From: Thermomicrobiales bacterium
GTDB lineage: Bacteria; Chloroflexota; Chloroflexia; Thermomicrobiales; CFX8
DNA: 64,000 nt
Reading direction: 5' to 3'
Assembly: GCA_041390865.1 (NCBI GenBank)
Contig: JAWKPC010000002.1
Coordinates: 68,031-132,030 of the forward strand
Shown here: piece after piece, positions 27,742 through 37,800 of the stretch
Layout: each line of letters opens with the position of its first letter
How positions within the stretch are numbered: the stretch's first letter is position 1
Program-made: the position numbers and the translations under genes
Notes under the pieces: generated by a model
Told to the model about the DNA's origin: nothing
What the model saw: only the letters and a program-made list of their open reading frames with translations
The model's database searches: none

Positions 27742-28380
27742 ATGACCGCGACAAGGTCTACGAAGACCGTGACGACCGTCGAACGGCTGAGAGAGATCAT
27801 CAATGCGCCCGCCCCGGACAGTGGCGTCCGGCGCAAGCAGCTGGCGTTCATCGACCAGCACGCCCGGAACTTCATCGCCAGGTCGCCTTTCGCTCTGCTG
27901 AGCACCGCCAGCGCCGCGGGACGTTGCGACGTCAGCCCGCGCGGCGACGGCCCGGGGTTCGTCAAGGTGCTCGACGACATGACCTTGATCGTCCCGGACC
28001 GTCCCGGCAACCGCCGGCTCGACTCGATGGAGAACATCATCGCCAATCCGCACGCGGGTTTGCTTTTCCTGATCCCGAACGTCGAAGAGACGCTGCGGGT
28101 TAATGGACGGGCGACGATCACCGAAGACCGGGATCTGCTCGCACCGATGGAGATGAAGGGCAAGGCCCCGACCCTCGGCGTCATCATCGAGGTCGAGGAG
28201 CTCTTCTTCCACTGCGCTCGCGCGTTCCGGAGAGCCGAGCTCTGGCAGCCCGAAACGTGGATCGACCGCTCCGAACTTCCGACGCTCGGCAAGATCATGG
28301 CCGATCAGCTCAAGCTCGGTAACCAGATGGTGGACGAAATTGACGCAGGTCTCGACCGGGCGAACAAGAACCTGTACTAA
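27742..28380 (+). CDS. PPOX-class FMN-dependent flavoprotein (MSMEG_1061-like)
   Basis: FIARSPFALLSTASAAGRCDVSPRGD...LIVPDRPGNRRLDSMENI...AGLLFLIP...ETLRVNG. Confidence 0.7.
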   Translation: MTATRSTKTVTTVERLREIINAPAPDSGVRRKQLAFIDQHARNFIARSPFALLSTASAAGRCDVSPRGDGPGFVKVLDDMTLIVPDRPGNRRLDSMENIIANPHAGLLFLIPNVEETLRVNGRATITEDRDLLAPMEMKGKAPTLGVIIEVEELFFHCARAFRRAELWQPETWIDRSELPTLGKIMADQLKLGNQMVDEIDAGLDRANKNLY

Positions 28381-28406
28381 CAGTTTCCATCTGGAGGGAC
28401 CATTCG

Positions 28407-28754
28407 ATGCCCGAGACGCTGAGCATCGGACGGACGTTCGGGCTCTTTGTGCTCGCCGGGCTCGCCGAAATCGGCGGCGGATGGCTCGTCTGGCAGTGGT
28501 TACGAGTCGACCGTCCCTGGCCGGTCGGGATCGCGGGGGCGCTCGTACTCATTCTCTACGGCGTCATCGTCACCTGGCAGGAATCGGCCGAATTCGGCCG
28601 GGTCTACGCCGCCTACGGGGGGATATTCATCGTCATGGCGCTTGGCTGGGGTCGCATCGTCGATGACTGGCGCCCCGACCGCTGGGACTACCTTGGCGCC
28701 GCCATTTGCCTCGCCGGCGTTCTGATCATCATGTTCGGCCCGCGTGGCAATTGA
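28407..28754 (+). CDS. ynfA: YnfA/UPF0060 family membrane protein
   Basis: LAEIGGGWLVWQW...RVYAAYGGIFI with four TM helices and ~115 aa. Confidence 0.8.
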   Translation: MPETLSIGRTFGLFVLAGLAEIGGGWLVWQWLRVDRPWPVGIAGALVLILYGVIVTWQESAEFGRVYAAYGGIFIVMALGWGRIVDDWRPDRWDYLGAAICLAGVLIIMFGPRGN

Positions 28755-28910
28755 ACGGCGAATCAAGATAGCGCGGCGGCCGGCTGTTCGCGGCTCGACA
28801 CGTAATCCATCGGTTTACCGCCAATCGGGTCCGGAACGATGCGGCAGCGAAGTTCGAAGACGCCTTGCGCCAGTGATGCCATCGGCTCAACGATGCGGTT
28901 GAATGGCCCT

Positions 28911-29207
28911 CTACCGGATGCCGGGATCGTCCGGCCAGTCCACATCCAGCGATTGAATGAAATCGTCGATGTTCGGGTCGATTTCCGCGACGCTGCTTGT
29001 ATCGCGATGACCGGTCTTTCCGGTGTAGCCGAACGTACCGCGAATCCGGGCGAGGGCATGATCCTCAATCCGGATCGGGCACTTGTTGCGCCAGGCGATG
29101 ACGATTCCCTCGGTCGTCGATACCGGCATCGTCAACGAACCTTGCTCGGGTTGCTCGATCGTCACCGGCGCGCGGAGCGAGCCGCGATCATCATTGGTAA
29201 TTCGCAC
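28911..29207 (-). CDS. Hypothetical protein, possibly frameshifted and continuing to 28763
   Basis: This frame has high third-position G/C. It is open upstream to the FTR1 stop at 29340. The adjacent +1 frame (to 28763) also looks coding. No domain was recognised. Confidence 0.35.
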   Translation of the reverse strand: MRITNDDRGSLRAPVTIEQPEQGSLTMPVSTTEGIVIAWRNKCPIRIEDHALARIRGTFGYTGKTGHRDTSSVAEIDPNIDDFIQSLDVDWPDDPGIR

Positions 29208-29339
29208 TTCGCTGATGTCGGCGTCGAGCCAGTCAGTGAGGGTTTCCAGTAGACGGTATGCCCGGGCAGCATCAGGTCTTGCATCGTGGAAACTTTTCCG
29301 ACGTGGATCGTTCGCAGAACAGGCCGACAGGGTGAAGAC

Positions 29340-31685
29340 CTAATTCGCCATCGTGCTCGATGCCTCGCTAGCCGCCAGTTGGGATGCGGCGATTCGCTGG
29401 CGCCGGTCGCGGTTCTTCAAGTGCTCCGCGACGAAGTAGCTGCCGATGACGAAGATCCCGGCGATCACCTGGAGGATCAAGCCTTCCCAGGTCGGGAACA
29501 GGCCGAGCCACTGACCGGCCCAGTACGGCAGCGTGACCCCTTCGACGGGATTGATCGGCACCCATCCGACCGCCTGGAGGATGTGAACGGTATTGCCCAC
29601 CATCGTGACCAGGACCGCCGAGATCAAGATGCCGGTCACGATCAGCAGCTTCTTGTGCGGCAGCTTGGTGTGGAGAGCGAAGATCAGCACACCGACAGCG
29701 GCGGTTCCAATGAGACCAAGCGCGACGCCCTCGAGCACGGTCACCGTTCCGGCGTCGAGCACCAGCGCCTGGAGGAACAGCGTCGTCTCGAATCCCTCGC
29801 GGTAGACGCTGGAGAATCCGAGCAGGGCGAAGCTGACCGATTGACCGGCGGCCATGCCCATGATCGAGCGTTTCTTGCCGTGGAACTGCTGGATCCAGCG
29901 AGACCAGTAGGTGTTATGAAAGAACCAGTTGAGAACGAGCAGCAGCACACCGATCGCAATGAGCGAGACCACCGCTTCGAGCTTCTCTCCATAGGCCCGC
30001 AACGAGCTGAGGAGAAAGTGGAACGCCAACCAGGTCAGTGCCGTCGCTGCAAAAGCCAGCAGGCCACCGATGACGAGCGGGCGGCGGTACGTCGAGTAGA
30101 TCCCGATCATGCTGGCCATGAGGGCCGAGAAGATCAGGACCGCTTCGAGACCTTCGCGAAAGACGATCGTCGCCGAATTGAAAATGACCGCGCCGGCCGG
30201 TGGCGGACCGGCGTTCAAGGTGACGCGGGCGTCCTCCAGCGACTCGTCGAGGGGCACGCGAACTTCGGCGATCTTGTCCGGCGAATACCGCCTGGCGATA
30301 GCCGTCGCAAGACCGGTGTCACCGCCATCACCGTACCAGAGCAGCGACTCGATCCGCGTGGCGAGGTTCGGCCGGAAGCCGAGCAGCCGTAGTTCCGGGC
30401 CGAAATCATAGACGGCGTAGGCCTCCAGCCGCAGCTGCTCGGCTTTGCTGTATTGCCCATTCGCGGCCGCCTGCTCTATCTCGTCGAGCAAACGGTCGAT
30501 CTCGACAAAGTCGCTGTCGCCGCCGGATGAGACCCAATCATCCGGAAACGTCTCCCGCAGCAGGCTCAGCGCCTGGTCGGCCTTGGCCTGGAATGCTTCC
30601 GGATCTTCGACAGCCGTTCGCTTGTTTGCCGCGTCGAGGTCTGCTTCGAGCTCGTCGAAGAGGGCCGAGATTTCTGAGAGCGCATTCGCGTCGATCTCGA
30701 CGAGCTGCGGCCAGAGGTCTTCGAGTGCCGCCTGAGAGCCATTCAGGAAGGTGATCGCCTCCTGAATCTCGATGTCGAGGGCAACGTTGCCGTTGCGGAC
30801 GCCACGCGCATACTCGACCGGCACGAGGGCGAGGAAGCGAACCAGTTGATTGGCTCTCCGCGCCTGCTCCCCGGCATCGAGCGGGACAGCCCGGAATCCG
30901 CGCAACTGGTCCCGCACGCCTTCAACCGCCGTCCCGAGCGCCGCTTCGTCGCCACTAGCGGCAACCTCGACCAGATGCTCCAGCGACGCCTCGGCGGATG
31001 CATGGGCTTCGGCGCCAAGCTGATTCCGGTAGCTATCGGCGATGATCCACCAGTAGGAGATCGCCAGACCTGATGCCTCAGCCTGACGGAGCGGCAGGCC
31101 GTTCTCGACCCCACTTTCAATCTCCGTCAGTTCCTGAAGCAGCAGAGCCTGGTACGTGTCGTAGAGATCGGCGCGCAGAGCTGCCGCGGCGTCCGAAGGA
31201 GCAACGAGTCCCTGCTCCAGGCTCTTCAGCTCGAGCGTGGCCTGGGCGCTGGCCTGGGAGAAGCGCGTGGAGGGACGATATTCTCGAAGCAGCAGCCAGC
31301 TGCTGGCGGCTTCCACATCACCGGCTTCCGCCGATGAGATCGCGACCAACGTGCCGGCTTCGAGCATCCCGCCCCAGATCCAGGCTCGCGCGAGCGCAAG
31401 GCCCGGCCCGTCGCCGTCGGCAACCGACTCGTGAGCGTCCGCGAACGCCGCGGCGATATGGTCGGCGGCGTGGGGAGCCTTGTCGGCGATCGTCGCGGCC
31501 AGATGCTCATCGTAGAACTGCGCAGCCCCGGTTACCTCGGTTTCAGCTTCGTCGGCATCTCCGCGCAGCAATAGAACCCTGGGCGGTGAACATGCTCCGG
31601 CGTACCTGTTCGGCCGCATCCCAGGGCGCCAACTCATCGGCGGCGTCCGCGGTCGATACGAACAATAGTGGTCCAACCGTGACAA
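29340..31685 (-). CDS. FTR1/EfeU-family iron permease with a large N-terminal extracytoplasmic helical domain; the 5' end is apparently frameshifted
   Basis: Two REXXE motifs (FREGLEAVL, YREGFETTL) lie within 7 TM helices in the C-terminal third. About 480 aa of soluble Ala/Glu-rich helices precede them. No signal peptide is present in this frame. Confidence 0.8.
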   Translation of the reverse strand: MSRLDHYCSYRPRTPPMSWRPGMRPNRYAGACSPPRVLLLRGDADEAETEVTGAAQFYDEHLAATIADKAPHAADHIAAAFADAHESVADGDGPGLALARAWIWGGMLEAGTLVAISSAEAGDVEAASSWLLLREYRPSTRFSQASAQATLELKSLEQGLVAPSDAAAALRADLYDTYQALLLQELTEIESGVENGLPLRQAEASGLAISYWWIIADSYRNQLGAEAHASAEASLEHLVEVAASGDEAALGTAVEGVRDQLRGFRAVPLDAGEQARRANQLVRFLALVPVEYARGVRNGNVALDIEIQEAITFLNGSQAALEDLWPQLVEIDANALSEISALFDELEADLDAANKRTAVEDPEAFQAKADQALSLLRETFPDDWVSSGGDSDFVEIDRLLDEIEQAAANGQYSKAEQLRLEAYAVYDFGPELRLLGFRPNLATRIESLLWYGDGGDTGLATAIARRYSPDKIAEVRVPLDESLEDARVTLNAGPPPAGAVIFNSATIVFREGLEAVLIFSALMASMIGIYSTYRRPLVIGGLLAFAATALTWLAFHFLLSSLRAYGEKLEAVVSLIAIGVLLLVLNWFFHNTYWSRWIQQFHGKKRSIMGMAAGQSVSFALLGFSSVYREGFETTLFLQALVLDAGTVTVLEGVALGLIGTAAVGVLIFALHTKLPHKKLLIVTGILISAVLVTMVGNTVHILQAVGWVPINPVEGVTLPYWAGQWLGLFPTWEGLILQVIAGIFVIGSYFVAEHLKNRDRRQRIAASQLAASEASSTMAN

Positions 31686-31719
31686 ATAGTGTCAGAGCCA
31701 AAAGCAGACGCGCGAGCAT
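31543..31719 (-). other. Short ORF encoding the probable signal peptide / true 5' end of the FTR1 gene, in a different frame
   Basis: GGGAGG-TGGC-ATG at 31719. It encodes MLARLLLALTLFVTVGPLLFVSTADA/ADELAPWDAAEQVRRSMFTAQ... and stops at 31543. This is below the ORF-track size cutoff. Confidence 0.55.
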
Positions 31720-31745
31720 GCCACCTCCCAGGGTGATTGATCGGA

Positions 31746-33020
31746 TTACTCTGCCAGTTCAACATTCAGCAGCGCGGCGGCCTGGGCAACCTGCCCGGCC
31801 AGCGCCGTCGCCTGATCCTGCGCTTCGGTTCCGTAGAGATCGGCTTCCTCAGGCGAGAACTCCACGCCTTCCTGCTCCTGCTCGAACAGATCGGCAACGA
31901 AGCTCACCAGTTCGTCGAAACCGGACTGAATCTGGCTATCGAGCTCGGCATCGACTCCCGCAACAGCCGGGCTGAGCTCCTGATAGGCGGTATTGAGTCC
32001 CGAAAGAATGCCGTTGATGTCGAACAACCGGCTCAGTCCGACGAACGCGTTCTCGTCCGACTCCTCGGAACCGGCAACGTAGACCGAGTTCTTCCACTGT
32101 TCGAAGTACTCGTTCATCGTTGGAATCATGGTGACCTCGGCCGTAAACACGTCGCTGAGCGTCGGTTCCCAGGCGGCAATCGCGTCGATCATCTCGGCCG
32201 TCGCACCGTCGAGCCCTTCGGCGGCGGCAACGAAGATATTCGCTTCCGGAAGCACGTCGACCGCTCCAACTTCGCCGTCACCGTCGAGATCGAGCGTGGC
32301 GCCAACGTACGCATCATTCGTGCCCCAGATAGCGGGCTCCAGCAGGCTGTGGAAGAAGTTACCCGGCCGGTCCATCAGCTCGCCGTTCGGCAGCTCGAGC
32401 TTCCAGTCGCGTGCCTCGACCGGATCTTCGTCACTGGACGGCCCGGCATCGATCCAGACGTCGAAATCAGCAAGGCTCGGGACGCCGGCGACGATGCCTT
32501 CGTCAAGCTCGTAGTGGGTACTGGCCGTAATCCAGGCATCGCGAGCGGCGAAGATCAATTCCGGCATCTCCTGGGGGTTCTGCTCCAGAGCGGCTTCGTA
32601 ATCGAACCCTGCGCCGGAGGCGACCGCGTAGTAGCGCCCGGCAAGCGCCGCGAGCTGCTCGGTACCGGCCTTCATCATCTCGGCCTGATCGAGGGCAAAT
32701 GCCTTGACCGCGCCGAGATCGACTTCCGGCGTATCGACGCTCGCATTCCCTGTCGGCGTCGGTTCGGATTCGGTCGTCGGGGCCGCGTCCGATTCTTCGG
32801 TTGCAGCTGCCTCTGATTCTTCTGCCGCGGTAGCTTCCGGCTCCGTGGGAGCAGTTGGTTCTTCCGCTTCCGTCGAGGTCGGCCCTGCTGATCCCCCACC
32901 GTTAGCAGTGTTTGTTGGAGCTGCATCGTCATCATCGCCGCCGCAAGCGGCGAGCAAGCCCGCCAGGGGGACCGAGGCCCCGATCGCGGAAAGCGCCCCG
33001 AGGAAGCGACGTCGGGTCAT
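31746..33020 (-). CDS. EfeO/imelysin-like periplasmic iron-uptake lipoprotein with a Tat signal
   Basis: MTRRRFLGALSAIGASVPLAGLLAACGG carries a twin-arginine motif and a lipobox. A Thr/Glu/Pro/Ala-rich linker follows, then a helical domain (ARDAWITASTHYELDEGIV...DVWIDAG). Position next to FTR1 supports the call. The start could instead be 33086. Confidence 0.55.
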   Translation of the reverse strand: MTRRRFLGALSAIGASVPLAGLLAACGGDDDDAAPTNTANGGGSAGPTSTEAEEPTAPTEPEATAAEESEAAATEESDAAPTTESEPTPTGNASVDTPEVDLGAVKAFALDQAEMMKAGTEQLAALAGRYYAVASGAGFDYEAALEQNPQEMPELIFAARDAWITASTHYELDEGIVAGVPSLADFDVWIDAGPSSDEDPVEARDWKLELPNGELMDRPGNFFHSLLEPAIWGTNDAYVGATLDLDGDGEVGAVDVLPEANIFVAAAEGLDGATAEMIDAIAAWEPTLSDVFTAEVTMIPTMNEYFEQWKNSVYVAGSEESDENAFVGLSRLFDINGILSGLNTAYQELSPAVAGVDAELDSQIQSGFDELVSFVADLFEQEQEGVEFSPEEADLYGTEAQDQATALAGQVAQAAALLNVELAE

Positions 33021-33329
33021 GAATTTTGAGGGGAGTTCGGAATCTGCACCCGGACTTACCGCAAAACTTCGTCTTCGGCTACCCATCTGCACTACACTCT
33101 TCTCGTGACCGCATGGCCCGACTCCGTCCTTGCACGGAGCATCGGGGGATCGTGGCAGCGATCTCCCCGGTTTCGGGCCTGCGCGAACATTCCAGGAGGG
33201 CCGTTCGTTCAGAGCGGCTCTCTTTCCCAAACACCGTTGTGTTCCCTCTTCGCAAGCCTGTGGTTACCCCGTTGGAGGGGCCCTGGGGGTAGGACCCCTC
33301 CGCGCGGAGTGAAGGAGGAAGAAGGAGGA

Positions 33330-34505
33330 CTAATCGTTGTTGAGGGCTACCTGCCTCTCAGCTTCGAGCCCCTCAGGCACGGCGAATGCCATGCGATACG
33401 CGTCGTGCGCCGGCCCATACCACTCGGTGAGCAGATCGTCGTACCAAACGGCGCGCCGCGGATCGGTGTACCAGCGCACTCCGGTGTAATCGGCGGCCTT
33501 GACAATGACCAGGACCGAGTGGACAACCTCTTCATCGAGGAAATCAGGACCGAGCGGCGAGATCATCCAGCGTGAAAGATGATCGGCGGATCGCCTGGTC
33601 AACGCCATGTCGCGCGTGACCTGGAACCCGACGTAGAAGATCGGCTGAATCTCCGGCAACCAGTCGATCGGCACCAGCTCGTTGCGTCCGTATGAGAGAA
33701 ACGATGGCAGATCGGCAGATTCCGGCACGCGAACCGCGATGCCGAACGGCAACGCGCACATGCCTTCAAGCGAAGACATCGGCATCCCGGCGCCGACTTC
33801 CATACCGAAGCGGGCGTCCTGATAGACGCGAATCGTCCGAGCGGCAAGACCGTCCTCGCCGCCGAGCCGCCGGCACTGCGCCAGCGCCCGATTGAGGTCC
33901 GGCAGGTCTTCTTCAGCATCGAACCGTTCAAATGCTCGTTCGTAGAGATCTGCGTCGCTGAACGCGATCAGCGCTCCGGACTCCGGCGTCGCGCTGGAAA
34001 GGTGCAAGCCCCAGACCGTTGCCGCCCCGGTCAGCCCCTGATTCTCGGCAAATGGAGGGGCTGGAAGCGTGAAGCTGTAGTCGACGAAGAGCGTCTTACC
34101 GGCGAGCGGTTGCGGCGACGGAATCCCGCCGACCGGCTGCGACCAGTGCAGGCGGAAGTCATCCAATCCCGGCGTGTCGGGTGCGAATTCAAGGTCGGCG
34201 TCAAGTTCAATGAAATGCGGCGTGTTCTTGTTGGTCTTCTTGACCGACTCGGAAAGGGCTCGACGGCAATTGACCGGCACTCCGACGCGTTCGCCCTCAT
34301 CCAGACCGTAGGCGCGCATCAGAAGCTTGCGGGCGCGGTCGGCATTCTTGACCAGGAGGAGCGGGACATCGCGGCCCAGGTAGTGCTTCCAGGCATCGAG
34401 CGCTTCCTGGAGCGTGGTTCCAGAGAGATCCGCCTCGTCACAAAGTTGCAGCTCCGCTCGGACGGTTGGACTGGCTTGATATTCGGCATGCCGCACGGGC
34501 TGCAT
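33330..34505 (-). CDS. Hypothetical protein colinear with DegT/DnrJ/EryC1-type aminotransferases but lacking the PLP lysine
   Basis: GLDEGERVGVPVNCRRALSESV aligns with G-D-E-V-I-x-P-x-x-T. WGLHLSSATPESGALIAFSD aligns with FSFHxxKxxxxGEGGxxxT, with Ser in the Lys position. Confidence 0.4.
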   Translation of the reverse strand: MQPVRHAEYQASPTVRAELQLCDEADLSGTTLQEALDAWKHYLGRDVPLLLVKNADRARKLLMRAYGLDEGERVGVPVNCRRALSESVKKTNKNTPHFIELDADLEFAPDTPGLDDFRLHWSQPVGGIPSPQPLAGKTLFVDYSFTLPAPPFAENQGLTGAATVWGLHLSSATPESGALIAFSDADLYERAFERFDAEEDLPDLNRALAQCRRLGGEDGLAARTIRVYQDARFGMEVGAGMPMSSLEGMCALPFGIAVRVPESADLPSFLSYGRNELVPIDWLPEIQPIFYVGFQVTRDMALTRRSADHLSRWMISPLGPDFLDEEVVHSVLVIVKAADYTGVRWYTDPRRAVWYDDLLTEWYGPAHDAYRMAFAVPEGLEAERQVALNND

Positions 34506-34622
34506 CTCTTCAATACCCAGCGTTCAGAATCCGCCGAGCCACGTGTTGGCCCATGCGTCACGATCCCAGACCATGCTTCCCCCCGCTTTTTCCAGAACGT
34601 GCAGCCTAATCCCTAGCCCATC

Positions 34623-34704
34623 AGTCGGGATTGTGCGCAACGAATCCATAGTTGTCAAGTCGGGATTAAACATATCGCTGGTCCGGGCGGCATCCGCCGG
34701 ATGC
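34623..34704. promoter_or_regulatory. Candidate operator motifs in the divergent intergenic region upstream of BNR paralog 1
   Basis: AGTCGGGATT occurs twice (34623-34632, 34658-34667). A 15-bp palindrome GCATCCG-C-CGGATGC lies at 34690-34704. Confidence 0.25.
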
Positions 34705-34859
34705 GGTCAAAGGGAAAGCTTCAGCGCGAGAAGCTGCCGAATGTTGGCGATCACAACTGGTAATCGTTGCCGGGGCTTATGAAGATATGCGACAGTACCG
34801 GGGTCCGGATTCGTTGCATTATCCACAACAGAACACTCGAAACAGGAGAGGGAAAGACC

Positions 34860-37800
34860 ATGGATTCGAAGCTGCTGCAGTCGTTGGAATGGCGGAGTGT
34901 CGGGCCGTTCAAGGGCGGCAGGTCGGTGGCAGTGGCCGGCCACCCGACCGAGCGCGACACGTACTACTTCGGCGCCTGCGCCGGCGGCGTCTGGAAGACG
35001 ACCGACGGCGGACAGTACTGGGAGAACATCTCCGACGGCTACTTCAACACCTCGGCCATCGGCGCACTGGCTGTCTCGAAGGCCGACCCGAACGTCATCT
35101 ACGCCGGGACCGGCGAGACGGCCATCCGCGGCAACGTCAGCCACGGCGACGGCGTCTACAAGAGCACCGACGGTGGCCGGACCTGGAAAAACGTCGGGCT
35201 GAAGGACACCCGCCACATCGGCGATATCGAGATTCATCCCGACAATCCGGACCTCGTCTACGTCGCGGCGCTCGGCCACGCCTGGGGCCCCAATGAAGAG
35301 CGCGGAGTTTACCGCTCGAAGGATGGCGGCGAGACCTGGGAGAAGGTGCTCTACAAGAGCGACAGAGCCGGCTCGCACGACATCTCGATGGACCCGAACA
35401 ATCCCCGCATCATCTATGCCGCCATCTGGGAAGCCCAGCGTTACCCGCATAAGCTCGTCTCCGGCGGACCGGACTGCGGTCTCTGGAAGACGGCCGACGG
35501 CGGCGATACCTGGGAAGATATCACCGACCGGCTCGGCTTCGAAGGTACCATCGGCAAGATCGGCGTCGCCGTGTCAGGAGCCGACGGCAACCGCGTCTAT
35601 GCCGTGGTCGAGCACGAGGAGGGGCGGCTCGTGCGCTCCGACGATAGCGGCCGCACCTGGCAGAAGCTCAGCGATGACCCCGATCTCCGCCGCCGCGCCT
35701 GGTACTACATGCACATCTACGCCGACCCGACCGACGTCGACACCGTCTGGGTACTCAACATGCCCCAGAAGAAATCGATCGACGGCGGCAAGACTTTCCA
35801 CGAGGTCCCGACGCCCCACGGCGACAACCACGATCTCTGGATCGACCCGAACGACCCGCAGCGCATCATCAATGGCAACGACGGCGGCGCATGCGTGAGT
35901 TACAACGGCGGCGTCACCTGGTCCTCGCTCCACAACCAGCCGACGGCGCAGTACTACCACGTCACCGCCGACAACCGGGATCCCTACTGGATCTATGGCT
36001 CGCAGCAGGACAACACCGCGACGGCCATCCCGAGCCTCTCGTTCGACGGCGCAATCACGCGCGGGGACTGGATCGAGCCCGGCGCCGGTGAATCCGGCTA
36101 CATCGCCATCCAGCCCGTCGAACCTGGACTCGTCTTCGGCGGCGGTATCGGTTCAGGAGTCGGCGACGGCCGCCTGCTCTCCTGGAACCCGAAGACGCAC
36201 CAGATCCGCAACGTCACCGTCTGGCCAGAGACGCACGGTATGGGCGCCGGTGCCGAGCAGCAGAAATACCGCTTCCAGTGGACCTTCCCGATCGAGTGGT
36301 CGGCCCACAACCCGCACGTCATCTACACCTGCGGCAACGTCGTCTTCCGCTCGGCCGACTACGGCACAAGCTGGGAGCCGATCAGCCCCGACCTGACCCG
36401 CAACGACCCGGACAAGCTGAAGCCCTCAGGCGGCCCGATCACCCGCGACAACACCGGCGCCGAGCGCTACTGCACGATCTTTTCCTTCCGCGAGTCGCCC
36501 CATGAAGAAGGTGTCTTCTGGGCCGGTTCGGACGATGGCCTGATCCACATCTCCCGCGACGGCGGAGAGAGCTGGCAGAACATCACGCCGCCCTCGGACC
36601 TGCTCCCCGAGTGGTCGCTCATCTCGATCATCGAGCCGTCGCCGCACAGTCCGTCCGCAGCCTATGTCGCGGCGACGCGCTACAAGCTCGACGACACGAC
36701 GCCGTACCTGCTCAAGACGAACAACTACGGCGAGACCTGGCAACTCATCACTAGCGGTATCCCTGACGATGACTTCACTCGAACGATCCGCGAAGACCCG
36801 GCCCGCCGGGGGCTTCTTTATGCGGGAACGGAAACTGGCGTCTACGTCTCCTTCGACGATGGGGGCAGCTGGCAGCCGATCCAGTTGAATCTCCCGGTCG
36901 TTCCAATCCACGATTTGATCATCAAGAACGGAGACCTCGTCGCGGCAACACATGGACGCAGCTTCTGGATCCTCGACGATCTCAGCCCGCTCCACCAGAT
37001 GCAAGACGGCCTGTCGGGACGTGCCGCCCATCTCTTTATGCCGCGCCCGACCACCCGTTATCGCATCTACAGCGGCTTCGGCAACGACCCGACGAGCGAG
37101 TACGTCAACTTCACCTTCTCCGGCCCCGGCTACAGCAGCTACCGGCAGTCGGAACAGCCTGACGGCACCACGACGAAGGTACTCCTCGACGCCGGCCAGA
37201 ACCCGCCCGACGGCGTCGTGTTCCACTACCTCCTGAAAGACGAGCCCGGCGACGAGATCAAGCTGACGATTCTCGACAGTACCGGCAACGTGGTCAACAG
37301 CTTCAGCAGCAAGCAGGAGAAGAAGGGCGACACGAAGCTCCCGGCCAAGGCCGGCGCCAATCGCTTCGTCTGGAATATGCGCGGCAAGAGCGCCGATCCG
37401 CTCGAAGAAGAGGGCGAGGGCGACATCTTCGCCTCCTTCATGGCCAACGCCCTGGCAGCCTGGGCTCTGCCCGGCAGCTATACCGCCCGGCTCGAAGCCG
37501 CGGGGACGACCCTTGAGGTCCAGTTCGAGATCGTGCCCGACCCGCGCGGCACGGCCAGCGAGCAGGACCTCAAGGCGCAGCATGATCTCAAGCTCAAGAT
37601 CCGCGACACGGTCTCCGACGTCCACAACGCACTGAACGAGATCAGGGACCTGCGGTCATCGATTGACGAGTGGGTCGAGCGCGCCAACCTCCACGGCGAA
37701 AACCGCGCCGTCTCCGACGCCGCCCTACAGCTCAAGACCAAGCTCGAGACGGTCGAGAACGAACTGGTCCAGAAAAAGGCCGCCAGCCCGCTCAGCTACG

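Noticed and set aside
29208-29342. The ORF downstream of FTR1 is in the same frame as FTR1 and open right from its TAG stop, which could suggest stop-codon read-through or a fusion.
   Set aside because: No evidence beyond frame coincidence. The FTR1 C-terminus looks complete after its last TM helix. It is more simply an independent gene with an unclear or non-canonical start.
33021-33230. Upstream 70-codon extension of the EfeO-like ORF (track start 33230).
   Set aside because: The extension has no signal features. The canonical twin-arginine start MTRRRFLG begins at 33020. The start at 33086 remains possible.
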